IMG/VR virus record: IMGVR_UViG_3300045988_076875
Coordinates: 1 to 37,618 of that record
Reading direction: 5' to 3' (one strand)
Length of the DNA stretch: 37,618 bases
From: a virus
A model generated the notes under the pieces. That model did not search any database and was not told the origin of the DNA. It was given only the letters and a program-made list of their open reading frames with translations. The number at the start of each line of letters is the position of its first letter. Within the stretch, counting starts at the first letter, position 1. Of this stretch, positions 24,778 to 32,882 are shown piece after piece. A program made the position numbers and the translations under genes.

Positions 24778-27567
24778 ATGGCAGACGGTTATTTGAATTT
24801 TGATACCAAGATAAATGAAAAAGGTTTTAATGAGGGCGTTAGTAAGATCAGCAAGATTGCCACCACAGGTTTAGGTGTAGCGGTTGGCAATGCGATGACC
24901 AAGGTAACTGGAAAAGTCGGTGGGATTGGTACCGCGGCCATTAAAGTCGGAATGACATTTGAAGCAGAAATGTCGAAAGTGTCTGCCATATCTGGAGCGA
25001 CGGGTGATGAGTTGTCATCTCTGACAGATAAGGCAAAAGAGATGGGAGCCAAGACTAAGTTCTCAGCCACAGAATCAGCGCAGGCTATGGAATACATGGC
25101 TATGGCAGGCTGGAAAACCGCGGACATGCTCAATGGTATTGAGGGTATCATGAACTTGGCGGCTGCTTCCGGAGAGAATCTTGCGACAACTTCTGATATC
25201 GTAACTGATGCGTTAACGGCATTTGGATTGTCGGCGCAGGATTCTACGCATTTTGCCGATGTTCTGGCGGCAGCATCATCTAATGCAAATACGAATGTTT
25301 CCATGATGGGAGAGACATTCAAGTATGTTGCACCTGTGGCTGGAGCGTTAGGATTCAGTGTTGAAGATTGTGGCGTGGCCATTGGATTGATGGCGAATTC
25401 CGGAATCAAGGCAGGACAGGCAGGTACTTCTCTGAGACAGATGTTGAGTAGACTGACGAAGCCTACAAAAGAAGTACAGACCGCAATGAATACGTTAGGC
25501 CTGTCGTTAACGGATTCAGTAGGAAATGTGAAATCCCTGGATACCGTTATGTCAGATCTTCGTAGTGGATTCAGTGGTCTGTCAAAGGCAGAACAGACAC
25601 AGATAGCAACGTCTCTTGCGGGACAGGAGGCAATGTCTGGACTCCTTGCTATTGTCAATGCATCAGATGAAGACTTCAACAAGTTAAAGGATTCCATCTA
25701 CAATGCAGATGGCGCTGCAGCTGAAATGGCTACAACAATGCAGGATAACCTTGCTGGCCAGATTACAATTTTAAAATCTGGGCTGGAAGGACTCGGAATT
25801 TCAATCTATGAATCTGTTGAGGTCCCATTAAAAAATCTTGCTTCTGTTGGCGTTAAGGCTATATCTGACTTAAATGAAGCATATGCATCAGGAGGCTTTG
25901 CTGGATTCATCAATGAAATTGGAAATAAAGTTCCGATGCTTAAAAGCTTTACAGATGCAATTGCCGGTTTTGTCGAAAAAACAAAAGGAATGTCCACAGA
26001 TGAGCTAATGAATCTTGGTAAATCGACCGGGGTATTGGTCGGTGCAGTCCCAGCATTTTCGCTGATTGGCAAGAGTGCCGGAACATTTTCTGATATTCTT
26101 GGTGGACTTGGAGATGTCACAGGAGGAGCGATTACTGCAATCGGTAAGTTTCCGGACGGATTAAAAAATGCCAAGATAGCAATTACTGGATTTGGTGGAA
26201 GTCTAAAGAATTTAGGCAGTTCAATTGTTGGTCCATTTCAAGTATTAACGCCGAAGCTTAACAGTGTTATCGGAAAGACGTTCTCTTTTTTGCCAACTAA
26301 GATTTCCGGATACGTTGGGAAGATTGGTCCTGCAGTAGCCGGAAAATTTCCTAAAATTACATCCGCATTTCAAGATTTTGGTGGGTACATCGGAGCCTGG
26401 GGAGGACAGATAGGAACGGCATTCCAGGGAGTCCTTGGAAAAGTAGCCGGATTCATGCCCGCATTTGCAAATCTTATGGGATTTGGGGCTGTACTCGGAG
26501 TTGTAGCCGTGGGGCTTGGCTTATTATACAGCCAGTTCGGTACACAGATAGACCAGATCCTGCTTATGATGCAGACTAAGGGACCGGAGGTTATCACCAA
26601 TTTCTGTAATGGAATTGTAGCAGCGTTGCCAAATCTAATCGCACAGGGTGCATCCATGCTAAATAGCCTTATGCTTGCAATTACGGCAAACTTGCCAGCA
26701 ATCATTCAGGGCGGTATTGCAATTGTGTCCACCTTGATTACCGGAATTGCACAACAATTACCAACATTGATTCCGACAGCACTTATGATGATCGTGACGC
26801 TGGTTGGTTCGTTGCTGTCTAACGTCGGTCAGTTGGTAGATGCAGGTATTAATCTATTGGTGGGACTGGCTCAGGGAGTGGTGAATGCACTTCCACAGCT
26901 AATTAATAAGGCGCCGACGATTATCGGGCAGTTAGCAACAGCAATTATTTCTAATCTGCCGAAGATTTTGCTTGCCGGAATTAAGATCATAACAATTCTA
27001 GGAACCGGACTTATCCAGGCAGTGCCACAGCTTATTAGTAAGATTCCATCGATTATCAGCCAAGTAAAGAACGCATTTACAAGTGTTGACTGGGGTGGTG
27101 TTGGAAGGAACATTATCAGTGGAATCGCAAACGGCCTCAAGGGTGCCGCAGGAGCAATTGTAGAAGCTGCCAAAGGTGCAGCGGAAAGCGCACTGAATGC
27201 GGCCAAGAATTTCCTTGGTATCCATTCCCCGTCACGTGTATTCCGTGATCAGGTTGGAAAGATGATGGCTCTTGGAATGGGAATCGGATTTGAGCGGAAT
27301 ATTCCAGTCAAGTCCATGAGTACCGGAGTTCAGAGGGCAGTAGCTGGATTACAGAAATCCGTAGACATTGCACTGTCTGCAAGAACTTCTGATAAGACTG
27401 TAGGAGGTGTGAAGAGTATGCCGGGATTCGATAATAATGATATTGATTATGACAGGCTGGAAAAAATTCAAATGAAAGCAGCGGATAAGCTTGCGAAACG
27501 TCCGATATTCCTTGATACGAAACGGATAGACACACCATTACCGGAAGGAGCGGTACCTGTATGGTAA
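24778..27567 (+). CDS. Tape measure protein
   Basis: About 930 aa, Gly/Ala/Ile-rich with helical repeats. ATG after gaaaggatgatagt. Confidence 0.9.
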   Translation: MADGYLNFDTKINEKGFNEGVSKISKIATTGLGVAVGNAMTKVTGKVGGIGTAAIKVGMTFEAEMSKVSAISGATGDELSSLTDKAKEMGAKTKFSATESAQAMEYMAMAGWKTADMLNGIEGIMNLAAASGENLATTSDIVTDALTAFGLSAQDSTHFADVLAAASSNANTNVSMMGETFKYVAPVAGALGFSVEDCGVAIGLMANSGIKAGQAGTSLRQMLSRLTKPTKEVQTAMNTLGLSLTDSVGNVKSLDTVMSDLRSGFSGLSKAEQTQIATSLAGQEAMSGLLAIVNASDEDFNKLKDSIYNADGAAAEMATTMQDNLAGQITILKSGLEGLGISIYESVEVPLKNLASVGVKAISDLNEAYASGGFAGFINEIGNKVPMLKSFTDAIAGFVEKTKGMSTDELMNLGKSTGVLVGAVPAFSLIGKSAGTFSDILGGLGDVTGGAITAIGKFPDGLKNAKIAITGFGGSLKNLGSSIVGPFQVLTPKLNSVIGKTFSFLPTKISGYVGKIGPAVAGKFPKITSAFQDFGGYIGAWGGQIGTAFQGVLGKVAGFMPAFANLMGFGAVLGVVAVGLGLLYSQFGTQIDQILLMMQTKGPEVITNFCNGIVAALPNLIAQGASMLNSLMLAITANLPAIIQGGIAIVSTLITGIAQQLPTLIPTALMMIVTLVGSLLSNVGQLVDAGINLLVGLAQGVVNALPQLINKAPTIIGQLATAIISNLPKILLAGIKIITILGTGLIQAVPQLISKIPSIISQVKNAFTSVDWGGVGRNIISGIANGLKGAAGAIVEAAKGAAESALNAAKNFLGIHSPSRVFRDQVGKMMALGMGIGFERNIPVKSMSTGVQRAVAGLQKSVDIALSARTSDKTVGGVKSMPGFDNNDIDYDRLEKIQMKAADKLAKRPIFLDTKRIDTPLPEGAVPVW

Positions 27568-28346
27568 AAGCATATTATAAAAATAGTAAAGGAGAGGTGC
27601 TTTGGTTGACCAGGGCGCCTTTTCGTACAATCGATGCAGACTGGTTTGACAGTACGTGGAAAGAGAGCGACAGCGGATATGAGAAAACTGTGACACTGGA
27701 TGTATTTGGAAAGAGAGAAGAGTTCATACAGAACATGGAGATACTGTATAAAATCATTTCTGTTGATGCTGAAACGGGCAATTACGGACGTTTGTATGTC
27801 AATGATACATTTCTTCCGTGTCAGATTTATACAACCAAGAAAACAGGATGGAAAGGGTATGTGTATACCGAAGTAGAGCTTACCTTCCTTGCTCCGGAAT
27901 TGTCCTGGATCACAATCCTGGATAAAAGATTTTATCCACAGATTAAGCCAGCGCCAGACAGTGGGTTGGATTTTTCAGCAGACATTCCATTTGATTTTAC
28001 AAATGAGAAACGCGGATCCAGTTCATTTGAAATCAATCATATTATTCCGTCGGATTTTGAGATGATTGTTTACGGTCCATGCATCAATCCGAAGGTGCTT
28101 ATTAATGGATATCCATATGAAATCTTAACCACGTTAGAAAGTAATGAATATCTGATTCTTAATACCGCAGAACAGACGATTACGAAGTATCTGTCTAATG
28201 GCACGACAGATAACCTGTTTAACGTAAGAGGATATGATTATTCAGTTTTTGAAAAGATTCCACCGGGGCTTATAAATGTGAACTGGAGCGGAGACTTTGG
28301 AATAGATCTATATGTTTTTCTGAAGCGGAAGGAGGCAGCATGGTAA
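27561..28346 (+). CDS. Distal tail protein (Dit)
   Basis: It follows the tape measure with a small overlap; size is typical. Confidence 0.65.
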   Translation: MVKAYYKNSKGEVLWLTRAPFRTIDADWFDSTWKESDSGYEKTVTLDVFGKREEFIQNMEILYKIISVDAETGNYGRLYVNDTFLPCQIYTTKKTGWKGYVYTEVELTFLAPELSWITILDKRFYPQIKPAPDSGLDFSADIPFDFTNEKRGSSSFEINHIIPSDFEMIVYGPCINPKVLINGYPYEILTTLESNEYLILNTAEQTITKYLSNGTTDNLFNVRGYDYSVFEKIPPGLINVNWSGDFGIDLYVFLKRKEAAW

Positions 28347-29341
28347 TACTGGCTACCAAAGAGCGGGAGCTCGGGACAGCACCGCTGAAAAAAGCAAATT
28401 GTTCCTTTGATGTGAATGGAAATAAGATATTTTCGGTAAAGATTGCCAGGTGTTATTTGACAGACGAAATGACATTCGGGAATATGGTATATATTCCAGA
28501 TACAGAGTTTGGTGGAATTATTGGAAAGGTTCTTACCAGCACGACATTGGATTATGTAGAACTGAAAGGGTATACGTGGCGGGGAAGATTGGAGCAAAAG
28601 ATCATATCTCCGCCAGCTGGAAGTGATTACAAGATTGTGTCTGGAGAATTAAATGCAGTGCTTAAGTCGCTTATTGAACCGGAATATGACGGACTTTTTA
28701 TTGTGTCAAGCAAGGATACGGGAATATCGGTCAATAATTATCAATTCGACAGATACTGTACTCTGCTAGATGGCGTCACAAAGATGCTGAAAAGTAAAGG
28801 TTGCAGGCTTGATATCCAACACAGGAGAGAACAAGGCGTTCCAGGATATGTGCTTATCAGAGCAGTTCCAATTGAAGATTATTCTGATCAAATCGAACTG
28901 TCCAAGGATTGTGGGTTGAATTACACAATGGAAGACATCCGGGATGGAGTGAATCATTTGATTGTAACCGGCAAGGGAGAATTGAAAGACAGAAATGTTT
29001 TCCACTTGTATGTCTGGCCAGATGGAACTATCAAGAAGATGCAATATTATAAAGGGCTGGACGAGATATCTCAAGTGTACGAAAATACATCAACTGAGAC
29101 AGATCAACTGGAAGAACAATCAGTTAAGAAATTGCAGGAGATTATGAACAAAAAAATATTTAGTATGGATGTTGAGAAACTTGGAATTGATGTGCATATT
29201 GGAGATGTAGTAGGCGGCCGTGATTATCTGACCGGTATGTACGGAGCAAAGCCAGTTGAAAATATCATTTGCAGTATTACGGCCGGAGTTGTGTCAAAAG
29301 AATATGAATTGGAAGGAGAAAATGATAATGGAAATAGTTAG
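28340..29341 (+). CDS. Tail-associated baseplate protein (Tal/Gp37-like)
   Basis: Position after Dit; 333 aa. Confidence 0.5.
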   Translation: MVILATKERELGTAPLKKANCSFDVNGNKIFSVKIARCYLTDEMTFGNMVYIPDTEFGGIIGKVLTSTTLDYVELKGYTWRGRLEQKIISPPAGSDYKIVSGELNAVLKSLIEPEYDGLFIVSSKDTGISVNNYQFDRYCTLLDGVTKMLKSKGCRLDIQHRREQGVPGYVLIRAVPIEDYSDQIELSKDCGLNYTMEDIRDGVNHLIVTGKGELKDRNVFHLYVWPDGTIKKMQYYKGLDEISQVYENTSTETDQLEEQSVKKLQEIMNKKIFSMDVEKLGIDVHIGDVVGGRDYLTGMYGAKPVENIICSITAGVVSKEYELEGENDNGNS

Positions 29342-30152
29342 CGGAAGAATCGGAAAACCTCATGTGACGAGTCAACAGTTTCGCCAACTCATAGAGGGGA
29401 CCGTGGGACAAGAGAGCTGCATATTGACATCTGGAGAAAATTTAGAACCAGAGCTTGCATCTAATAATTCCTTGAAAATACGTAGCGGAATGTTAGCTCA
29501 TCATGGAAACATTTCCAGCGTGAAGATTGGAACATATGACGCGGTGAACCTTAGCAATGGCAGCCAGGGAATGAAGCGTATCGACCTTGTTGTGTGCCGA
29601 TACACCAGAAATGCTGAAACAGAAGTTGAAAGCTGCAATTGGGTTGTGATTATGGGAACACCTGTTTCGTCAAATCCTGTAGCGCCAACGTATACAGTTG
29701 GAAATTTACAGGAGGGCGACCTTGTAGATGACTGCCCGATATTCGAGGTGCATTACGATGGAATTAATGTGACAGAAGTCAAGAAATTAGTGTCTGTTGT
29801 GTCCAACCTTACTGAATTAAATAGCAAAATAATAACTACTGATACCGGAACGTGCATTAAACACGCAAATGGGATTATGGAACAATATCTAAAAGCCAAA
29901 GTTATGACAAAAGTTTTTTCTGCATGGGGAAGTTGTTATTACGCAAGCGTACCGGCAATACCATACATCGAACCATTCAAAACGGTTGTTGATGCTGATG
30001 CACGGATAGACGCAGAGGGGCAGGCATGGACTATGGGTATTGACAATGGAACACTTAAGCAATCGCCGAGCGCATATGCAATGCGCCCTAGTTCACCAGG
30101 AGGTGCACTATTGGTTACAGTGCGTATACGTGCTATCGGAACATGGAAATAA
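29322..30152 (+). CDS. Tail fibre / receptor-binding protein: constant N-terminal part plus the currently expressed C-terminal cassette c0
   Basis: ATG at 29322 or 29328 after ggaaggag. The C-terminus 'CIKHANGIMEQY...VRIRAIGTWK' looks like a tail-fibre tip. Recombination site A lies at 29812-29832. Confidence 0.7.
   Translation: MIMEIVSGRIGKPHVTSQQFRQLIEGTVGQESCILTSGENLEPELASNNSLKIRSGMLAHHGNISSVKIGTYDAVNLSNGSQGMKRIDLVVCRYTRNAETEVESCNWVVIMGTPVSSNPVAPTYTVGNLQEGDLVDDCPIFEVHYDGINVTEVKKLVSVVSNLTELNSKIITTDTGTCIKHANGIMEQYLKAKVMTKVFSAWGSCYYASVPAIPYIEPFKTVVDADARIDAEGQAWTMGIDNGTLKQSPSAYAMRPSSPGGALLVTVRIRAIGTWK
29812..29832 (+). repeat. Inversion site A (ctgaattaaatagcaaaataa) inside the tail-fibre gene
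   Basis: It matches the 16-nt left part of sites B, C and D at 14/16, and matches site C at AAATAGCAAAATAA. The AAT AGC codons (Asn-Ser, 29820-29825) are in the gene's frame. Confidence 0.7.
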
Positions 30153-30175
30153 TTGCTTATGTGATTGGATACTAA

Positions 30176-30520
30176 TTATTTCCACGTACCAAATGCATGC
30201 CAAGATACCCATATATCTATGTTTTTTGATGTGCTAGAAGAATAAATCCATACTTGGAATAGCTCTGTACCAAGCCCGTTTTCCGGTACGGTCGCCCACG
30301 GTGCACATACACCTCTTGCTGTTACAATTGGAGTCACGGCACTCAATGATTTCGCGGGCAAAGCGATATTAAATTTACCATCATAATAATTCCAATTATC
30401 TGGAGATGATATATTAATTTTGCCGATATATGTGTCATTCCACATTTCCAGCGTACCATCTCCGTATTTGCGCCAGTATCCATTGGCATTATGGCCAGAG
30501 TCCACAATGTTATTGCTATT
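30176..30520 (-). other. Silent tail-fibre C-terminal cassette c1 (no start codon, TAA TAA immediately upstream)
   Basis: Open from AAT AGC (30520-30515) to the stop. 'NANGYWRKYGDGTLEMW...WHAFGTWK' ends in GTWK like c0. Confidence 0.75.
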
Positions 30521-30528
30521 TTATTAAG
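30510..30528 (-). repeat. Inversion site B (cttaataaaatagcaataa on the minus strand)
   Basis: Identical 19-mer to site D; inverted relative to sites A and C. Confidence 0.75.
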
Positions 30529-30590
30529 CAACGAATTGTTGCATCATATGAATTTCCTACATGCTACCATAAAGCAAAAAGGAGATCGAT

Positions 30591-31580
30591 ATGGAGCAAC
30601 GAATCATGGAAGTGTTAAGGAGAATGCAACCAGTCTTGGAGGACGAGGAACTCCGGGAGCTTAAGAATGTGCTGCACATGGTATTCGCTGGGTGCGACGT
30701 CGCACAAAAGACAGAGGTACAATGTGTGGATGATTCCTGGAGGATTGACCTGGAAGATTACTTAATGTCTAAGGCATTGGAGGGCAAGAGTGCTGATACG
30801 GTTAATCGGTATCGATATGAGCTGACAAGATTGTTATCTTACATCCATAAGCCGGTAGCAGAGATTACAGACGGGGACATATCAAGTTACATGAGAGCCT
30901 ACAAGAATATCCGGGAAGTCAAGAATAGCACACTCAAGGGAGTACGTGCAGTGTACAGTAGCTTTTTCGTGTGGCTCAGAGACAGAGATCGGGTAAGGCG
31001 AAATCCGATGGTACTGGTGGAATCAATCAAGGTGGAAAAGCGCGTCAAGCGCCCGTTCACAGACACAGAACGTGAGCAATTACTTCGGAGTTGCGCCACT
31101 ATCAGGGACAAGGCTATGATGGAATTTTTATATTCCACGGCGGTCAGAGTGTCGGAGCTTGCAAGTCTTAATAGAGGCGATATCCGTTGGAGCAGTAAGG
31201 ATCTTATCGTATATGGAAAAGGCGGAAAAGAAAGGACGGTGTACCTAAATGAACGCACGAACATGTATTTGCAGGAATACCTGCAGAGCAGAACCGATAA
31301 CAATCCAGCATTATTTGTAGGACTTAAGAGTCCACACAATCGGTTATCGAAGGCTGGAATAGAAGATATGATAAGACGTACCGGAGAACGTGCAGGAGTC
31401 GAAAAGGCTCATCCACACAGATTTCGAGGTACGTCCATTACTAATGCCATTAACAGAGGCATGCCGTTACAGGAAGCTTCTATCATGGCAGGACACGCTA
31501 AAACTGAGACGACAATGCTGTACTGCAACGTTGATCAGGAATCGGTGAAATATCACCACAAGAAATATTTAAGCGCATAG
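30591..31580 (+). CDS. XerC/D-like tyrosine recombinase (putative shufflon invertase)
   Basis: Catalytic pattern R ('TAVRVSEL'), K ('GKGGKER'), HxxR ('HPHRFRGT'), H ('AGHAKTETT'), Y ('MLYCNV'). It sits between sites B and C. Confidence 0.85.
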   Translation: MEQRIMEVLRRMQPVLEDEELRELKNVLHMVFAGCDVAQKTEVQCVDDSWRIDLEDYLMSKALEGKSADTVNRYRYELTRLLSYIHKPVAEITDGDISSYMRAYKNIREVKNSTLKGVRAVYSSFFVWLRDRDRVRRNPMVLVESIKVEKRVKRPFTDTEREQLLRSCATIRDKAMMEFLYSTAVRVSELASLNRGDIRWSSKDLIVYGKGGKERTVYLNERTNMYLQEYLQSRTDNNPALFVGLKSPHNRLSKAGIEDMIRRTGERAGVEKAHPHRFRGTSITNAINRGMPLQEASIMAGHAKTETTMLYCNVDQESVKYHHKKYLSA

Positions 31581-31608
31581 CTTTTTTACCACAATTCACA
31601 CTCACTCA

Positions 31609-31636
31609 CACTCGGCAATGGTCGGGTGCTTTTGTT
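31609..31636 (+). terminator. Probable terminator after the recombinase gene
   Basis: cactcgg/gtcgggtg stem containing G-U pairs, followed by CTTTTGTT. Confidence 0.4.
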
Positions 31637-31683
31637 ATGTGCTTTTATATAGTAACCCGAAAACAAGATTGAAAGGAGGAGTA

Positions 31684-31704
31684 CTTAATAAAATAGCAAA
31701 ATAA
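31684..31704 (+). repeat. Inversion site C (cttaataaaatagcaaaataa)
   Basis: Same orientation as site A. Its extended left arm 31674-31699 is a 25/26 inverted match to 32285-32260. Confidence 0.75.
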
Positions 31705-31985
31705 CAATTCTAAACAAGCCAAATGGAAATGGCAGCGCGCTCAGAGTCTTCGATGCGACTGAAAATCTCATATATGGGTGCTGGCAGAATGGATTATACC
31801 GGTACGGTGGCTACTACGGCAATGGCGCACCGTCTGACTGGGCTGGTATCATGCTGGTGTCTCCAATCTTTCTTAACGGAGAAGTCAGCGGCTATCTTAA
31901 GGTCGCATGGGATATGGGCATGTCGCAGTACATCATGAAAAATAACAAAGATGGCTCCGTATCTCAGGCGTGGACAAAAATGTAA
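31692..31985 (+). other. Silent tail-fibre C-terminal cassette c3 (start-less, 97 codons, absent from the ORF track)
   Basis: Hand translation from AAT AGC gives 'NSKITILNKPNGNGSALRVFDATENLIYGCWQNGLYRYGGYYGNGAPSDWAGIMLVSPIFLNGEVSGYLKVAWDMGMSQYIMKNNKDGSVSQAWTKM*'. TAA TAA lies immediately upstream. Confidence 0.7.
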
Positions 31986-32267
31986 TTACACATATATCAC
32001 CAGTAGATTGAGCGTAGTTGTTCCACCCAATCCAGAATAATAATTACTATTGCACCTAACGTACACTTCTGACCAGTCTGGCAATGCTTGGATAGCAACT
32101 TTTCCGTAGACTAAGCCATTGTTAGAATTAGTTGTTGATCCAGGGATAGCAGAGATTATTTTTCCACCGTTTTTTATTATTTGATTTACTTCTGAGGAAA
32201 AGTCAACAAGTAAATTCGTATCGGTCGCTACAGTTTTGCTGAAGCATTCCACTTTTTTATTGCTATT
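31986..32267 (-). other. Silent tail-fibre C-terminal cassette c2 (no start codon, TAA TAA upstream)
   Basis: Open from AAT AGC (32267-32262): 'NSNKKVECFSKTVATDTNLLVDF...TLNLLVIYV*'. Its stop abuts the c3 stop (TAATTA). Confidence 0.7.
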
Positions 32268-32275
32268 TTATTAAG
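32257..32275 (-). repeat. Inversion site D (cttaataaaatagcaataa on the minus strand)
   Basis: Identical 19-mer to site B. Confidence 0.75.
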
Positions 32276-32300
32276 TATTCCTCCTGGAAAGGAGTAACAA

Positions 32301-32672
32301 TTGAAGATTATTTTCAATGACGCAACGGAACTGGTTGTCCAGTCTGCAACAATTCGCGGAGACGGAGGACTACTAATCAAAACGATTTCTGATACAGAAG
32401 CGAATTTGAAAAACATGTTCCAGGATCAGACAAAAACCAAGAAGATGACCGTGACAGAACGGGAGTCCACATTGGGGGAGTATGAGAATTACACCAATAT
32501 GGACGCTATCGTGAAGTATACGGCTGGAATTATCGGTGTGATTCTCTACAAAGTTGGCGAGACACCAGCAGAAAAAATGGAGGCTTTAGCATCAGAGAAT
32601 GCTGGACTGAAAAAGACTGTTGATATGCTCCAGGAATGCATTCTTGAAATGTCAGAGTTGGTATATCAATAA
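32301..32672 (+). CDS. Hypothetical tail-module protein
   Basis: TTG after ggaaaggagtaaca. It lies directly downstream of site D. Confidence 0.5.
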   Translation: MKIIFNDATELVVQSATIRGDGGLLIKTISDTEANLKNMFQDQTKTKKMTVTERESTLGEYENYTNMDAIVKYTAGIIGVILYKVGETPAEKMEALASENAGLKKTVDMLQECILEMSELVYQ

Positions 32673-32728
32673 TGGTAACTCTATTAACAAACTTATTCAT
32701 ATTATTACAAAACAATGGAGGTAAAGAA

Positions 32729-32869
32729 ATGATGGCAATGTTATGGGCACAGCAGATTATGTTAGGAAAGAAAACTTATAAGCAGGTACCGAGACTTTTA
32801 AAGGATAAGGTAAAAGAGATTCTGGAAGATTCTGGAATGGGTGAACTTGTTACAGAAGCGACAGAGTAG
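32729..32869 (+). CDS. XkdX-like small protein
   Basis: 'WAQQIMLGKKTYKQVPRLLKDKVKEIL'. ATG after atggaggtaaagaa. Confidence 0.4.
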   Translation: MMAMLWAQQIMLGKKTYKQVPRLLKDKVKEILEDSGMGELVTEATE

Positions 32870-32882
32870 GAGGGCAACGTAG

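Noticed and set aside
24789-27538. Several long minus-strand ORFs antisense to the tape measure gene, for example 24789..25697 (302 aa) and 25806..26174.
   Set aside because: They lie fully inside a well-supported 930-aa plus-strand gene. They have low-complexity composition typical of the reverse frames of Gly/Ala-rich genes, and they lack RBS context.
30040-30618. Short track ORFs 30040..30237 (+), 30343..30531 (-) and 30430..30618 (+).
   Set aside because: They overlap the better-supported c0 and c1 cassette frames or the recombinase leader, and they have no RBS.
31723-31938. Track ORF of 71 aa on the plus strand between the recombinase and cassette c2.
   Set aside because: It is out of frame with the site-C Asn-Ser register. 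The alternative start-less frame is longer, is protein-like (tail-fibre-tip composition), and ends back-to-back with cassette c2.
29322-32285. A diversity-generating retroelement as the source of fibre variability.
   Set aside because: No reverse transcriptase ORF and no template/variable repeat pair with adenine-specific differences is present. The repeats are short recombination sites that flank whole cassettes.
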